From Octopus sinensis (Eukaryota), in contig NC_042997.1 of NCBI RefSeq assembly GCF_006345805.1, positions 65,844,001 through 65,908,000 on the forward strand: a stretch of 64,000 bases of DNA, written 5' to 3'. The translations under genes and the position numbers were made by a program. Under the pieces are notes generated by a model. The model did no database searches and had not been told where the DNA came from. It was given only the letters and a program-made list of their open reading frames with translations. Positions 1 to 12,832 of this stretch are shown here, one piece after another; the stretch's first letter is position 1, and every line of letters begins with the position of its first letter.

Positions 1-711
1 AGTCGTTTTCCGTAAGAGAGTCGAGAACTTTCTGCGATTCGCTTTGGATTTCGACAATGGTGTTAAAATGATGACCTTTCAGCTGCATTTTTATATTCGG
101 GAAGAGATGGAAGTCTGCGGGTGCTAAATCTGATGAACAGGGCGGGTGCAGAAGCGGTACTATGTTGTTTTTTGGCGAGAAACTCACAAGTGAGGAGGGC
201 TCGGTTACAGGGTTCATTGTCTTCGTGAAGAATCCAATTCTTCGCACTCCACAGATCCGGTCGCTTTCGCCGAACGTCCTCCTTCAAACGCTTCAAAACG
301 TCGCAGTTGAACTCTCGATTAAGGGTCTGGCCCTGGGAGACGAAGTCTCAATGCACTATATCACATTCCCAGAGATGATGCTCGTGACAGGTCTTCTGGA
401 TCGTTCAACGTCTTCCAAGAACATTCTTCCGCTTTTGAAATGCCCGTGTCACTCGAAACATTGCCTCATCGCCGTAAGCTTGTCAAAGCATGCTCCATGT
501 CTTTGTAGCTTTAACGCAAAATTTCACGTTGGCTCTTTGTTCCTGTCCATGACAAAATTGCAAAGTAGAGCATACACATGATCACAAAAACACAAACTTG
601 ACAACTTGCGAAATAAACACAACGATGTCACTCGGCACATTACTTCATGTGTGCTGCCATGTGCTGGCGCGCTACAGGACTAGTCCTGGAACTTTTTGAT
701 ACAACCTTGTA
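1..711 (-). mobile_element. Mariner-family DNA transposon remnant: internally deleted, frameshifted transposase, running off the left window edge
   Basis: Minus-strand translation gives MKRLKEDVRRKRPDLWSAKNWILHEDNEP and, after a frameshift, LLPHPPCSSDLAPADFHLFPNIKMQLKGHHF (mariner HDNAPxH and HPPYSPDLAPxDF motifs). The N-terminal remnant reads FKSGRMFLEDVERSRRP. A TIR-like end TACAAGGTTGTATCAAAAAGTTCCAGGACT lies at 711-682 beside TA. Confidence 0.9.
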
Positions 712-884
712 TATTACACTAAAATCTATGTTTTCCTAAGTATATGCTGCTAAAATTGAGGTGTTTTGATATACCCATGCATATATATATCAACAGATGT
801 TAAGTTTATCAATGCATATTATGATTTTTTGGAACATGTAATAATAGTAAAACTCAGAATATCAGTCATCCACCAAGAAAAACA

Positions 885-1000
885 CATAATATAACATAAT
901 ATAATATAATATATATAATATAATATAGTATAATATAATATAATATGATATAATATAATATAATATAATATAATATAAGGCAATACAATATAATATAATA
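885..1000. repeat. (ATAAT)n pentanucleotide microsatellite
   Basis: Imperfect tandem ataat/ataatat units. They explain the YYIIL repeat in ORF 866..1084. Confidence 0.9.
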
Positions 1001-1629
1001 TATGATAGTATATAATTCAATACATACGAACTTATATAATGCGCTTTTTAGCTTGGAAACAAGACGGCGTCTATAAATAATCAAGAGATTAGATTATGTC
1101 AAACATTATTAAAATACATTTTTCAATATGCTGTATGGCATTTAAGAGACATTTTGTCAAGTAAATAAGAAGACAATTTTATAGATGAAATGATCCCATA
1201 TGAATATTGAATAGACAAATATGTTATCATCTTTCGCCTTTCAATCATATAAATATATTTGTTAGCAATGTAATATTTATTGGCAAAGCTGTCTATTAAA
1301 TTTAAATAAAGATTTAACTTCATAGAACGTGTGTGTATGTGTGTATAACAGTTAATTCAAATACGTTTTTTCACCGTTTTTGGTAATTTGTAATTTTTTT
1401 CTCTTTCTATCTGTTCTCTCTCTCATTCTTTCTTCAAAACAGCGTAGTCTTGAAACGTTAGTCTTCATACATTTTTCCTGAGCGTTAAACTAATATACCG
1501 TCTTTGTTGTTCTTTCACCTACCCACATTCTTTGTATACTTTTTGTATATCTTTGAAACATATATGTACATAGGTGTGTGTATGCGTGTGTGACAGAGAG
1601 AGAGTGTGTGTGTGTATTTGTGTGGGGAG

Positions 1630-1785
1630 GAGGTATATGGCTTAGTAGTTAGAGTCTTGCACTTATTATAGTAAAACTGGTTTCGATGCATCATATCATT
1701 CAGCAAAACACTTATTTTCCGTCCCTCCGTTCCACCCAGATGACAAACATGAGTAATCTTGCGACGACCAGTATCCTGTGCAGGA
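1630..1785 (+). mobile_element. Degenerate tRNA-derived SINE fragment
   Basis: A-box-like TGGCTTAGTAGTTAGAG, then gcaaaacactta...ccacccag...gagta body resembling other SINEs in the window. Confidence 0.55.
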
Positions 1786-2376
1786 ACTTAATATATACAC
1801 AAGAGAATCCGGGAAAACGGCTTTATTGTAAGCTTATCTATTGTTTTATATACTTTTACACATTTTTTTTTGTATTTTACATTTCACCTTGCATTTTTCT
1901 TGTGCATGTGCGTATATAGACGTGTATATGAACCTTTCTGTGCGCGTATGTGTGTGTGCGCGCGTGTGTGCAGATATGCATATGTGTACATCGTGTGTGT
2001 GTGCGTGTGTTCGGGTATGTATATATGCACATATATATGTACATGTGTATGGTTGGATATATATGTGGGTGTACACATATAATTGTGCATGTATAGGTAT
2101 GCGCAACTGTGTGCACGTGTGTGTGTGCGCGCGCATGTGCGGATATGTATACGTGTAAGTGGGTGTACGGGCGCGCATGTGTATGTATGTAAATCCGCGC
2201 TTACGCGATTTCTATGAAAATTTTTACTTCCTTACTTGTAAACTTTCTCCTCTTCGGTTTTTTCCCCTTATTTACCGGTCATTCTAATAGTTTTTTTGTC
2301 TTAATAAGTCTTAATAACGGTCAATTACATAGTAATTTCCCTTTGTTTAACGGTCATTTTCATAGCATTTTTGATT

Positions 2377-2447
2377 GCCTCGATAACTGACGAGATGCCG
2401 GAGCAGTTTTCCGCCCCGACATCCGAAGCTTGGAGTCTTATTATGGC
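2377..2447 (+). ncRNA. Degenerate type I hammerhead-like motif (copy 1 of a dispersed repeat)
   Basis: GATAA-CTGACGA-GATG...CATC-C-GAAG-CTTGGA-GTC-TTATT. The CUGANGA core, stem II, GUC triplet and stem I are present, but GAAA is mutated to GAAG. Confidence 0.45.
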
Positions 2448-3543
2448 AACCGAATAATTGTCACATATTATATTACAGATAAATTCCTCTATTTACATAA
2501 TATTGAGGTCTCATTCATTCTTTTGTTGTCTTACCATTACAGTTAATAATATATATATAGAGATATCTGTGTATTATATACATACACACACACATATATA
2601 TACATATGTATATATAAATATAAACATACATTTTATCTGTGTGTGTGAACGTGCGTACACATGTTGATGCTTATATCTGTGAATATGTATATACATATAT
2701 TTATATGTGCAATGTATACTGAGCATCTATATAGGTTTATATGGTGTTTGTCCATGTAATTATAAATGTTTATTCGAGTATGTGTTGTTCATAGATATGC
2801 ATTTACAGAATCTGCGTGTGTATATATATATATATATATATTTTTTTTTTTCTTGCTCTCCCTCTCTCCCGCATTTCTTGGCCTTCTCTTTCTTTAACAC
2901 CCACTTTTCCTCTCGTTTTTTTCTAATCCTTCAATCCCGCTGACCCTACCCTCTCTCCTCCTACCATATTACCGGTGTCCGGTCAGTCATGATCTTTCTT
3001 TTTGGGCCTGACTGCCGACCATCAACACCTCTTATGTTCATCTCCTATGTTCCTGCCTTTAGGCTTTCGTTTCATATACGCCAGCTCAATTTGATTCATC
3101 CTCAGTCGAAAGACACCTGTTGTTATATTATGTGTACGATGCACTCCGTTTTTTGTTTTTGTTGCGGTACTCATTCGCTAGCTTTCTTACAAAAAAATCT
3201 AATGTTCTTAGTTTAGACTATTTGGGGAGCAACCAAATCGAACTGTCTGAAGTGTAACTACCCGAAACGGTAAGCACATCTGGTATCTTAACTGAAGAAA
3301 GAAGGCCACGATTCCCTTTTCCCCTGTCCTTCTAATAGCTTCTTCTCCTGTCCGCCTTTGTATCGCCCATCTGTCCATATGTTTCATTGTCTTCTATTGC
3401 GTTTTTGTCCCATATATATATATATATATGTTTATATATAGAGGGCATTATTATACATACATGCCACACGCATATATATATATATATATATACACATATA
3501 TATATTATATATATATATATATACATATGTATATATGGAAATG

Positions 3544-3591
<48 letters not shown>

Positions 3592-3596
<5 letters not shown>

Positions 3597-4084
3597 GAAA
3601 AAAAAATACCTTTTATCAATTCAAAATGAACAATTAAATTACACCATCTAGAAAATTACATATAATAGAAATATTAAAATTAAAATAACAATAAAATATC
3701 AATGATTAAGTAAATTGCAAAAACAAATATAATAAAAACCAAATATATACGTTTTTCCTTTTGATAGACAGAATTCAACCCAATTCTAGTTAACTAAACA
3801 ATTTGAAACTTCGTATTCTGGTAGAATGTGTAAAAAGAAAATATTATTTTCACTTGGGCTTTTTGATAAATTTGTAATTTGTAAGTTTAACGTAGTTTAA
3901 TTCTTCGAATTTTAACCAATGAATCGTCAGTATTTGAGCTCAAATCATTTGCTGCGTCTAAAAACTCAGACAGCATCCTGTTACTATTTGCTTTCGTCGT
4001 TGCCTTGGAAAGCGATTATATATACGCGATGTTTGTGTGCATGGTGAAACACTCCGAAGAGGATGGATGGATAGAGAGACAGAC

Positions 4085-4176
<92 letters not shown>

Positions 4177-4520
4177 CTGAGACTCAGAGTTACAGAGAAA
4201 TAGATATACAAGCATTAAGCAAAGTGATAAAGAGAGAGAGAAAGAGTGAGAAAGTAAGAAAGAAAGAGAGAAAAAGTGAGTGATGACAAGTGTGTGAGCA
4301 AGAGAGATAGAGGAAAACATTTAGTAAAAAAATGATTAAAAGAGAGAAAGAGACCTTCGACTGAGAAAAACAATAGAGAGATGGAATAAGAAAGACATAC
4401 AGGGAGAGAGAGAGAGAGAGAGATAATAGAAAGACGGACTGAGTGAGAGAAGGGAACGAATGTGACGAAAAACGAAAACAAACATTAGACGAGACAGACA
4501 GAAGAGAGAAGGATGAATAA

Positions 4521-4562
<42 letters not shown>

Positions 4563-4955
4563 CGCGCTGTTTACGTTAACAGTAACAGGATGTTGTCTGA
4601 GTTTTTAGACGCAGCAAATGATTTGAGCTCAAATACTGGCGATTCATTGGTTAAAATTCGAAGAATTAAACTACTTTAAACTTACAAATTACAAATTTAT
4701 CAAAAAACCCAAGTGAAAATAATGTTTTCTTTTTACACATTCTACCAGTATACGAAGTTTCAAATTGTTTAGTTAACTAAAAATTGGGTTGAATTCTGTC
4801 TATCAAAAGGAAAAGATCCTTTTTTTTTTGCAATTTACTTAATCATTGATATTTTATCGTTATTTTAATTTTAATATTTCTATTATAAGTAATTTTCTAG
4901 ATGGTGTAATTTAATTGTTCATTTTGAATTGATAAAAGGTGGTTTTTTTCTAATT
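3592..4955. repeat. Foldback element: ~390-bp inverted arms (3592-3985 and 4581-4955) around a ~600-bp spacer rich in (GATA)n, (GA)n and (TG)n, flanked by (TA)n
   Basis: For example, gctgcgtctaaaaactcagacagcatcctgttact near 3950 is the near-exact reverse complement of agtaacaggatgttgtctgagtttttagacgcagc at 4581. Homology runs to the TA tracts at both ends. Confidence 0.9.
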
Positions 4956-5056
4956 TTATATATATATATATATATTATATTGTGTGAAATTTGATTTAGT
5001 ATTTCTAAATTGAATTTTTTCCCCCTGTAAGTTTGGATTTATATTCCCTCAAATAA

Positions 5057-5128
<72 letters not shown>

Positions 5129-5228
5129 TACAAATTTTGGTACCAGGCCAGCAATTTCGGAGGAGGGATTAAGTCGATAACATTGAGCCCAGTGCTCAAC
5201 TGGTACTTATTTCATCGACCTCCTGTCG

Positions 5229-5650
5229 TACAAATGTTCTATGTGGCCACCAGCTGCAGCACGAGTAACATCAATGCGATAAGAAAGTTCCTCCCAGACG
5301 CATATCACCATATCAAAAGCAAGTTCATTATGGAACTAAATAATAAATTTGCTTTGCTTGAGGCGATTCCAAAAGATATTGACATAGAAGAAAAATGGAA
5401 AAATTTCGATAAAGCATTCAACAAGACAGCCAAAGAAGTACTCAGTGGATTGTGATATGCTGATACATGTCTGGGAAGAATTCTCTCATCGCCCGTGCTG
5501 CAGGTGGTGGCCACATTGAACACTTGTAAGACAGAAAATAAAAGTTGATTGTGAGTAAATACTTGTGACTTAGCTGGAGTTTTCTATTGCTTTTCCTTAT
5601 TAAAATATTGCATAATGAAATCGGTTCATTCTTTTTGAATAACCCTGTAT
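5229..5650 (-). mobile_element. Tc1/mariner terminal fragment (TIR ~5616-5650) with an inverted internal duplication enclosing a short RTE-LINE piece
   Basis: TIR-like TACAGGGTTATTCAAAAAGAATGAACCGATTTC on the minus strand. 5229-5305 is an inverted copy of ~5452-5528. The middle (~5310-5450, +) encodes FIMELNNKFALLE...IEEKWKNFDKAFNKTAKEVL, typical of the RTE EN-RT linker. Confidence 0.6.
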
Positions 5651-6530
5651 ATACTTATATATGTAACTATGAATATGTGTGCATTTGTATATATACATGT
5701 TTATATATATACATATATACACATAGACATGTATGTATGCATATATGAATGTATTTCATCATATAGCTATAGCTGCGTACATAATATGAATGTATGTACA
5801 CGTAAGAACCAAAAGAAAATATATTGAGAAACCAAATTCTTTAATTGTTGAAGATCTTGAGTAGAGAATCAGACATTTCTCAAGTAAAAGATATAATTTC
5901 ATGAGATGTCTTGACTCAATCTATAATTTTGTTTTAGTTTATTTTTTTTAATCTTCTTTTACATATTCGCCATTCAATCTGTCTACTGATTTTGAACAAG
6001 TATAAATAGAAAACCGTCTTACATCATCAAGTACAGTCATTTTAATCAATTTGGTTTTCGTTTGCTTGTTTATAGCTTTGTTTTAAAGGAATTCGTTTAA
6101 AGCGTGGGTATTTGTTTTGCTGGTTGCTTTTTGTTGTTTTGGTTAGGTTTTGTAGTTGTTTTTTTTCCTTCAATATTTTGACATTTAATCTGGAGATAAA
6201 AATCTTTTCAAAAACATGTAACAGTGCTAATAATTTTCAGAATCGAAATAGTTCCATCATGGAATTTTCTATTACCTTCGATTCTTTGAATATTTTACCT
6301 TTCTTTTTGCCTTTTGTTGAACACTTCATTATAACCATTTTCTTTTTCTGTCTGAATATTTCAAACGTCATTCCGTTAATATTATTATATAATTATGTTT
6401 CTGAATTATTCCTTTTTTATCTTTGAAGCGAAAGTCGTTATTTGTCAAGCACAGAAATTCTTCAATCATATTACAGTGTAATTTCATCAACAAAAATTAA
6501 GAATGCTGCGTCAGAATTTAAGTGTCTATG

Positions 6531-6561
<31 letters not shown>

Positions 6562-6856
6562 TGTGTGTGTGTGCACGCGCTTGTATTCATGTTTATGTGT
6601 GTGTGTGCATGTAAGCACTTGAGCGTGAAGAAGGAAATACAGTACTCAATACAGTGTTATATTTTACTAGAAGCTGAAATTTCACAAAACTTTTATCAGT
6701 TTTTCGTATAACTTTTGAATGATGATATAAATGAAACTAAGAAAAGCAAAAAAGAGGCGTGGGAAAATGCGTACAACGAGACATACTTTCATTAGATAAA
6801 AATTTAGACTAATAGCCAAAATTCTTTAAGACTGTATCAATGATATTTTTTTCAGT

Positions 6857-7006
6857 CGTTTGACTGCGGCCATACTGGGACACCGCCTCGAAGGGTTTTC
6901 CAGTCGATCAAATCGACGCCTGGACTTCTTTTTAAGCCTAGAACTCATTCTATACGTCTCTTTTGCCGAAATGCTCGGGGTGAGTATGGGGGGGAGTAAA
7001 CAGACG

Positions 7007-7010
<4 letters not shown>
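6857..7010 (+). mobile_element. SINE, family starting (a)gactgcggccatgctgg; other copies at ~31272-31365 and ~59100-59270
   Basis: Three homologous copies in the window, each ending in a (CA)n tail. Confidence 0.75.
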
Positions 7011-7059
<49 letters not shown>

Positions 7060-7061
<2 letters not shown>

Positions 7062-7217
7062 GACGAGCTTCTTTCAGTTTCCGACGGCTAAATCCACATA
7101 CAAAGGTTTTGTTGGCCCGAGGCTATAGTAGAAACCAAATGCTCAAGATGCTACGCAGTGGGAATGAACACGGGACCATGCGAGCTTCTTACCACAGAGC
7201 CATCAGCAATGCCTGCG

Positions 7218-7218
<1 letters not shown>
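7060..7218 (-). mobile_element. tRNA-derived SINE, family starting gcaggcgtggctgtgtggtaagaagc; other copies at ~32036-32195 (-), ~41023-41180 (+) and ~59320-59475 (-)
   Basis: tRNA-like head with B-box-like ggttcagtccc, body ctactatagcctcgggccgaccaaagccttgtgagtggatttgg, and a (TA)n tail. Four copies are seen. Confidence 0.8.
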
Positions 7219-7252
<34 letters not shown>

Positions 7253-7429
7253 CATTACCTAAACTTGAATTAATATAACGAGTAGCTAAATCCATGGAAA
7301 TTCCACCGTTCTTAAAAAAACTAAGTCATAATACTTATTCTGTTTTCTTGAACTCTTTCCTTCGATTGTTGTAAATATTCACTGCGTTTCTGTCATTCCT
7401 ATTTTTTCTCTTTCACTGTGGCCCTTCTG

Positions 7430-7930
7430 CAGAGGCGTAGCCTGGTTCTAAAGTTAGTAGAAGCGAGCATATAAAAAATGGCGCCGAATTACATACCAGG
7501 CAATCTTTAACTCATTTCTCTTATAATCTACGTTCAGTAATTTCGTGTTTCAGTAATAATGTTATTATGTACGAAACTTACAACTACTGATATAGGCATG
7601 ACGTGAAAAAGATGAAACTCCACGGGATTGTCCAGTGTCGAGTGGTTATAAAACCAAGGTTTGTTTTCGTTCTTCAGATGTCAGCGGCCACCGACACATC
7701 ACAGGAGATTGAATACACAGTTCAAAAACACGGGAGGTTGGTCAAATAAATTAATGACTCCTGAACGTTCTTCCAAGGCCATGCGATTAACAATAAGCAA
7801 AAGGGATTCTACTTTTATTGCACAAATGAACTAAAGAATTAAAAAATAATTCTTGAAAAGGTACAAATTTTGAAACATATGCTCGGGAGGAACGGTTGCT
7901 TACCTTGCTCCTCCGTTAGCTACGCCACTG
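7430..7930. mobile_element. Non-autonomous hAT-like MITE (~500 bp)
   Basis: 12-bp TIRs CAGAGGCGTAGC (7430-7441) and GCTACGCCACTG (7919-7930) match at 11/12. The flanking 8-mers CCCTTCTG and CTCTTGTG match at 6/8, consistent with a decayed 8-bp TSD. Confidence 0.65.
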
Positions 7931-8711
7931 CTCTTGTGATAGTTCTAACGATTCATTGCTCTACGATAAAGGAATGAGAATTATAAAAAAAAAAGTAGAT
8001 TTTATTTCAGTAAGATAAAGCAAGCATTCTTCTCTATCTCTTCCTTACCAATACTGTCAACTCAATTAACCAACATCTCCATAATATAATATCTTTAGCA
8101 ACAGAATACTACAGTATATCACATGTATTTGAGCATGCGATTATATGTCAATACAGCGTTCCTTATTTCTCCTTTTTCTAACCGTTATCTCATCCCTCTA
8201 TGAAACACCCTTTTCCCTTCTCTATCTCCCTCTTCAATCTCTCTCCCATTCGTATCTCTCTCTCCTCTACTTCGCTCTCCCTTCTCCCTCCTTCTCTATT
8301 ATCTGTATCCTTCCCCCCCCTCTCTCTAGCTATCTCAAGCTAGCTATCTCTGCCTACTACTTCGCTTAATGTCACTCTTTGTCCTTCAGCTGAAAGCTTA
8401 TTTTAAGAACATCACAAATGTTCGAAGGTAGATAGAACCATGTTAATAAATGTATGTATGTATATTCCAGGCTTTGGTTATTTTTTTCCTTTTTACTTTT
8501 TCCTCTCCTCTTTTGATGATTAGCATCTTGCACTGGAACAATTTTCATATTCTGGCAAAGAGAAACGAAGACAATGATATGTTTTTGCCCTACAATGCAT
8601 GACTGAGTAACAGAGATAATAAATGTTTTTGCCTACAAGAAATAATAATGTTTTGTTAGAAATGTAAAACTAATTTTTAGCAATATAACAATAATTACAA
8701 TTATTGTGAAT

Positions 8712-8748
8712 ATCATCATCATCATCATCGCCGTCGTCGTCGTCGATT

Positions 8749-8835
<87 letters not shown>
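8712..8835. repeat. Compound trinucleotide microsatellite (ATC)(GTC)(TTC)(TTA)
   Basis: Read directly from the sequence. Confidence 0.95.
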
Positions 8836-8837
<2 letters not shown>

Positions 8838-9129
8838 TGGCGATGGCGACGGCGGTGGTTGTGGTGCTTGGATTAAAATCAATAACAACGGTAACAAAAA
8901 CAAATTTTGTCAAAGACATAAATGTTTATATTTCCTGTTTATGAAAGAAAAAACAAATAAAGGTATGAAATTTTTTTATTCTTGGCCAAAAATGAAAAAA
9001 AAACATCACTCACTTGAGAGTTTAGAGTATTCTTATTATTTAAAACAGCATTATTAATTAGTATTAGTATCAGCGTTAGTATCATCATCATCACCATTAT
9101 CATTATCATCATCAGTATTGTTGTAATCA

Positions 9130-9147
9130 TTATTATTATTATTATTT

Positions 9148-9206
<59 letters not shown>

Positions 9207-9225
9207 GGTGGTATAGGTGGTAGTG

Positions 9226-9260
<35 letters not shown>

Positions 9261-9278
9261 GGTGGTGGGGTATAGGTG

Positions 9279-9310
<32 letters not shown>

Positions 9311-9329
9311 GGTGGTATAGGTGGTAGTG

Positions 9330-9367
<38 letters not shown>

Positions 9368-9383
9368 GGTGGTGGTATAGGTG

Positions 9384-9418
<35 letters not shown>

Positions 9419-9515
9419 GGTGGTGGTGGTGGTGGTGTGGTGGTGGTGGTGGTGGTGGTATAGGTGGTGGTGGTATTAGTAGTAGTAGTAGTAGTAGTAG
9501 TAGTAGCGATGGTGG
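9130..9515. repeat. Compound (TAG)n/(TGG)n microsatellite with a higher-order unit starting TATAGGTGG
   Basis: TATAGGTGG recurs five times, at ~9212, 9271, 9316, 9376 and 9458. Confidence 0.9.
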
Positions 9516-9728
9516 TGGTGGTAGTGTTGCTATTATTACATTTTTTGCTATCTTTTTTTTATGATTGTGAAACAAAAATATCTCCTATATAAATCTGATT
9601 AAAAACTAACTATCGAAAAACTAACTATACAAACATATGTATGTGCATATTATTTATGTATGTGTATGTATATTTATATGAATATATATAAATACACATA
9701 AAGACACACATACGTGCACATACACACA

Positions 9729-9763
<35 letters not shown>

Positions 9764-9797
9764 GCATGTGTATTATATATATGTGTATGTGTGTATG

Positions 9798-9842
<45 letters not shown>

Positions 9843-11879
9843 ATTTGTGTATGCATATATATATATATGTATATATATATATGTATGTATATATATATAT
9901 ATATGTATATATATACATATGTATATATATATATGTATGTATATCTAAATATATATGTATATGAATATACACATACATATACATATATGTATGCATATAT
10001 ATATATATATGTATATTATATATATATATATATATATATGTTAATAAAATAGAACATATGCATATATATAAACATATATGTACGTACCTACCTCTACATG
10101 TACATATACACGCATATATGTGTACAGGACACCAAAAAGACGTCGAACACATAGAGAGACGAAAACACATAGACACAAACCAAGGAACAAGACAAGCAAA
10201 AAAAAGAGAGATACAGGACAATAAGCACAACGAAAAATCCCCTTCTTCAGTCGCTAAGGTTTCATCTACTAAACGTTTCGAAGGATAAAAGCGAGACGTA
10301 TACTTCGAAGAAAACTTCCTTCCCGCGAAAAGCAAATCAATTAAAATTCTGAGATCTTTTCGCAGAGGGGTAAAAAAAAAAGGCAAGACGGTAACGACAG
10401 TACAAACATATAAACAGTAAAATATATATATATATAAACAGTGGAAAAATAAAAATATAACAGTGAGAGACAGGACAAGGAGAACAAGATAAGAAGGGCT
10501 GTTAACGCCAAACGAAAAAAGTATTGCAAACGCTGGATTATCGTGGACGACAAGAGAGAGAAAATGTGTCGACCAGTAGCCTTAGAAGGCGGGCGAGAAA
10601 AGACAGGATAGCAGTTACGACGGAAGTATCGTCGCAGATGGACGACGGGAATGGGGGAGGAGGAGCAAGAGGAAGAGAGAGAAGAAGGGGAATGGTGCGA
10701 GGAGACCATGAAGAATGGTGAAAGGGAGAGAGAGAATGAAGAATGAGAGAGAGAGGAAGAGACAAGTTAAGTGAGGGAAAAAAAAGACGAAAAAGGGAAT
10801 GGGAGAGAAAGAAAGAAAGATGCAGAGTCGCGTGAGAGTTAATATCAAGGCTAACTTGATAAACAGATATATATATACATATATGAATATGTATATATAT
10901 ATACATACACATATATGTATGTATAAACATAAACATATATATATGTATGTATACACACACACACACATATACATGTATGTATGTATGTATATGTATATAT
11001 ATGTATATATACAGTTTGATTTGGTTCCGTGCTACTTCAAGATTCGCAGGCACCTAAGGGGAGCCCAACTCCTTCAGATCCTGAGACCTCTATAGACAAA
11101 TATTGAAAATGTACATTAGCAGCAATCCTGACTTTAAACATTTAGATCACCCACCAAAAATTCTACAAGACTGTGTGTCTTTTTAAAAAAATCTCCGTTT
11201 TGTTCACTGATGTCTTTGTATAGTAGAATCTGCTTCGCGAATAATTTACATTTTAAATGTTTTCTAATCCTCATCCGCGCTTGGCTAGCGCTGATCGTCC
11301 TGCTCACTAGCGGAAACTGGCGTTTGGTCCGTGATATTTCAATATTTATGGGTATAAGAATCATATGCATATATATATAAATGCGTAACCTCTATAGTAC
11401 CTATATAAATAGGGCTAATTGTTTCTTTGTAGATTGAAAAAAAAGTGAACAGACTTAATTAATTTGAAATCTTATCCGATTCTCAATTTCACCATTAGCC
11501 AGAAAACAAGCGGCCAACCTGTTCACATACTCAACAATTACAGTATCTACAAATAATTGGAGTTACTAATTTGGATAACGTAAGTGTAAACACATTTATT
11601 TTCAAATATCAGGAATCTGTGAACGGCGATTTCGGTGCATTAAGTATCGAGGTATGATAAAATAAATGTAAACCATATACTACCTATATAAACAGGTATA
11701 GACTGAGATGATGGAACAACCTAAATCGATTTTCGAATCTAACTCGATTCACAATTTGAACAATCTCAGAGTAACAAGCATTCAATCTCTTTCTATTCTC
11801 AGCAAGTACGATAGGTACAAAAAACAGGAGCTACTAATTTGCATACTGTAACTGTTAACACTTTATTTTAAATACCAGG

Positions 11880-12595
11880 GCTTGTCAATGGGGATCTCAG
11901 TCCACATGGTATCAAGGTGTGTATGTGTGTTAGTATGCATTCGCCATGCGCTAATACAATGAAGGATCAGATTCGCTGTCGTCGTCGTTGTTCTAGATTC
12001 CGAGACGTGTGAGGCGCTGCTCTTTAACCACAAATATTCGTTTAGGATCCCAGAGAGACGTTATGCCACATCCTTGGCCGGCCACGACTGGAACCTGAAG
12101 AACGAAGGGACTCCACATGTAATCACATGGAAGATCCTAGAAAACCCGGGCCCCAACATCAATGAGAGCAAACGTTGCAAACTGTGCATAGCGGGACGGA
12201 CGAAGGCATTAAAGAACTCACTCGATCCAGGGAACAACTTAATTTCAGGACGGAAGTCTTCGAGCTCTGTCTACACTTAAGGTGATTTCTACTGAAATCC
12301 TGGGGCCTGCAAACTGACTGGGTGGATTCCGGATAGTGGCCTAAGGGAGATAATCCCTTGCGCTTGACCTTTTTCTTTGTGTGTTCGAAAACTAGCCACA
12401 AGGCCTTTTCTTCCTCCAATTTAAAGACAGGCCACCGGTCATTAGGGTCTGACAAAACGTATCTAAAGCCAATCGCTTTATGAACGCGAAATCCTGGGTA
12501 ACCCTATGAATAGGGCATAACTATATTTCTCTAAATATTTGACTGCGCTATAACTTAGAGTGTACTTCCCTTGCGGAATTATGATTTACTGACGA
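11880..12595 (+). mobile_element. Penelope-like element (PLE) 3' remnant: GIY-YIG endonuclease C-terminal half plus downstream pLTR-like region
   Basis: Translation FNHKYSFRIPERRYATSLAGHDWNLKNEGTPHVITWKILENPGPNINESKRCKLCIA...LNFRTEVFELCLHLR*FLL follows the PLE pattern RxxNHxxSF...TxLSxHxWxLK...IxWxIL...CxLC...LNxRxE...CxH. A hammerhead-like motif follows at 12435-12509. Confidence 0.8.
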
Positions 12596-12700
12596 TATAT
12601 ATATATATATATATAATAATAAATATTAGGGAATGAATCCAAAATTACAGGGAAAAAATCAGATTTAGGGTTAAATCCAATTTTATAGTAAAATATTATA

Positions 12701-12832
12701 TAATATAATTCGAGACAAAACCACTATTTTAAAACCAAACAAGGAAAGACTTAATCAATACATAAATTATATGTATTGATTAAGTCTTCCTTCTTTGGTT
12801 TTAAAATAGTGGTTTTGTCTCGAATTATATTA
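12701..12832. repeat. ~130-bp near-perfect hairpin inside a ~330-bp block present only in duplication copy 1, within (TA)n
   Basis: The arm taatataattcgagacaaaaccactattttaaaaccaaa...ttaatcaatacata is followed by its reverse complement. The block is absent at ~22060-22085 in copy 2. Confidence 0.9.

Noticed and set aside
162-581. 139-aa plus-strand ORF
   Set aside because: It is the antisense shadow of the mariner transposase relic.
11040-11370. Possible additional PLE GIY-YIG relics (here RTKRQF; at ~20350-20480 RSLSKRIAQ and NELELSEHL)
   Set aside because: The motif matches are too short and broken to support a feature call without an HMM search.
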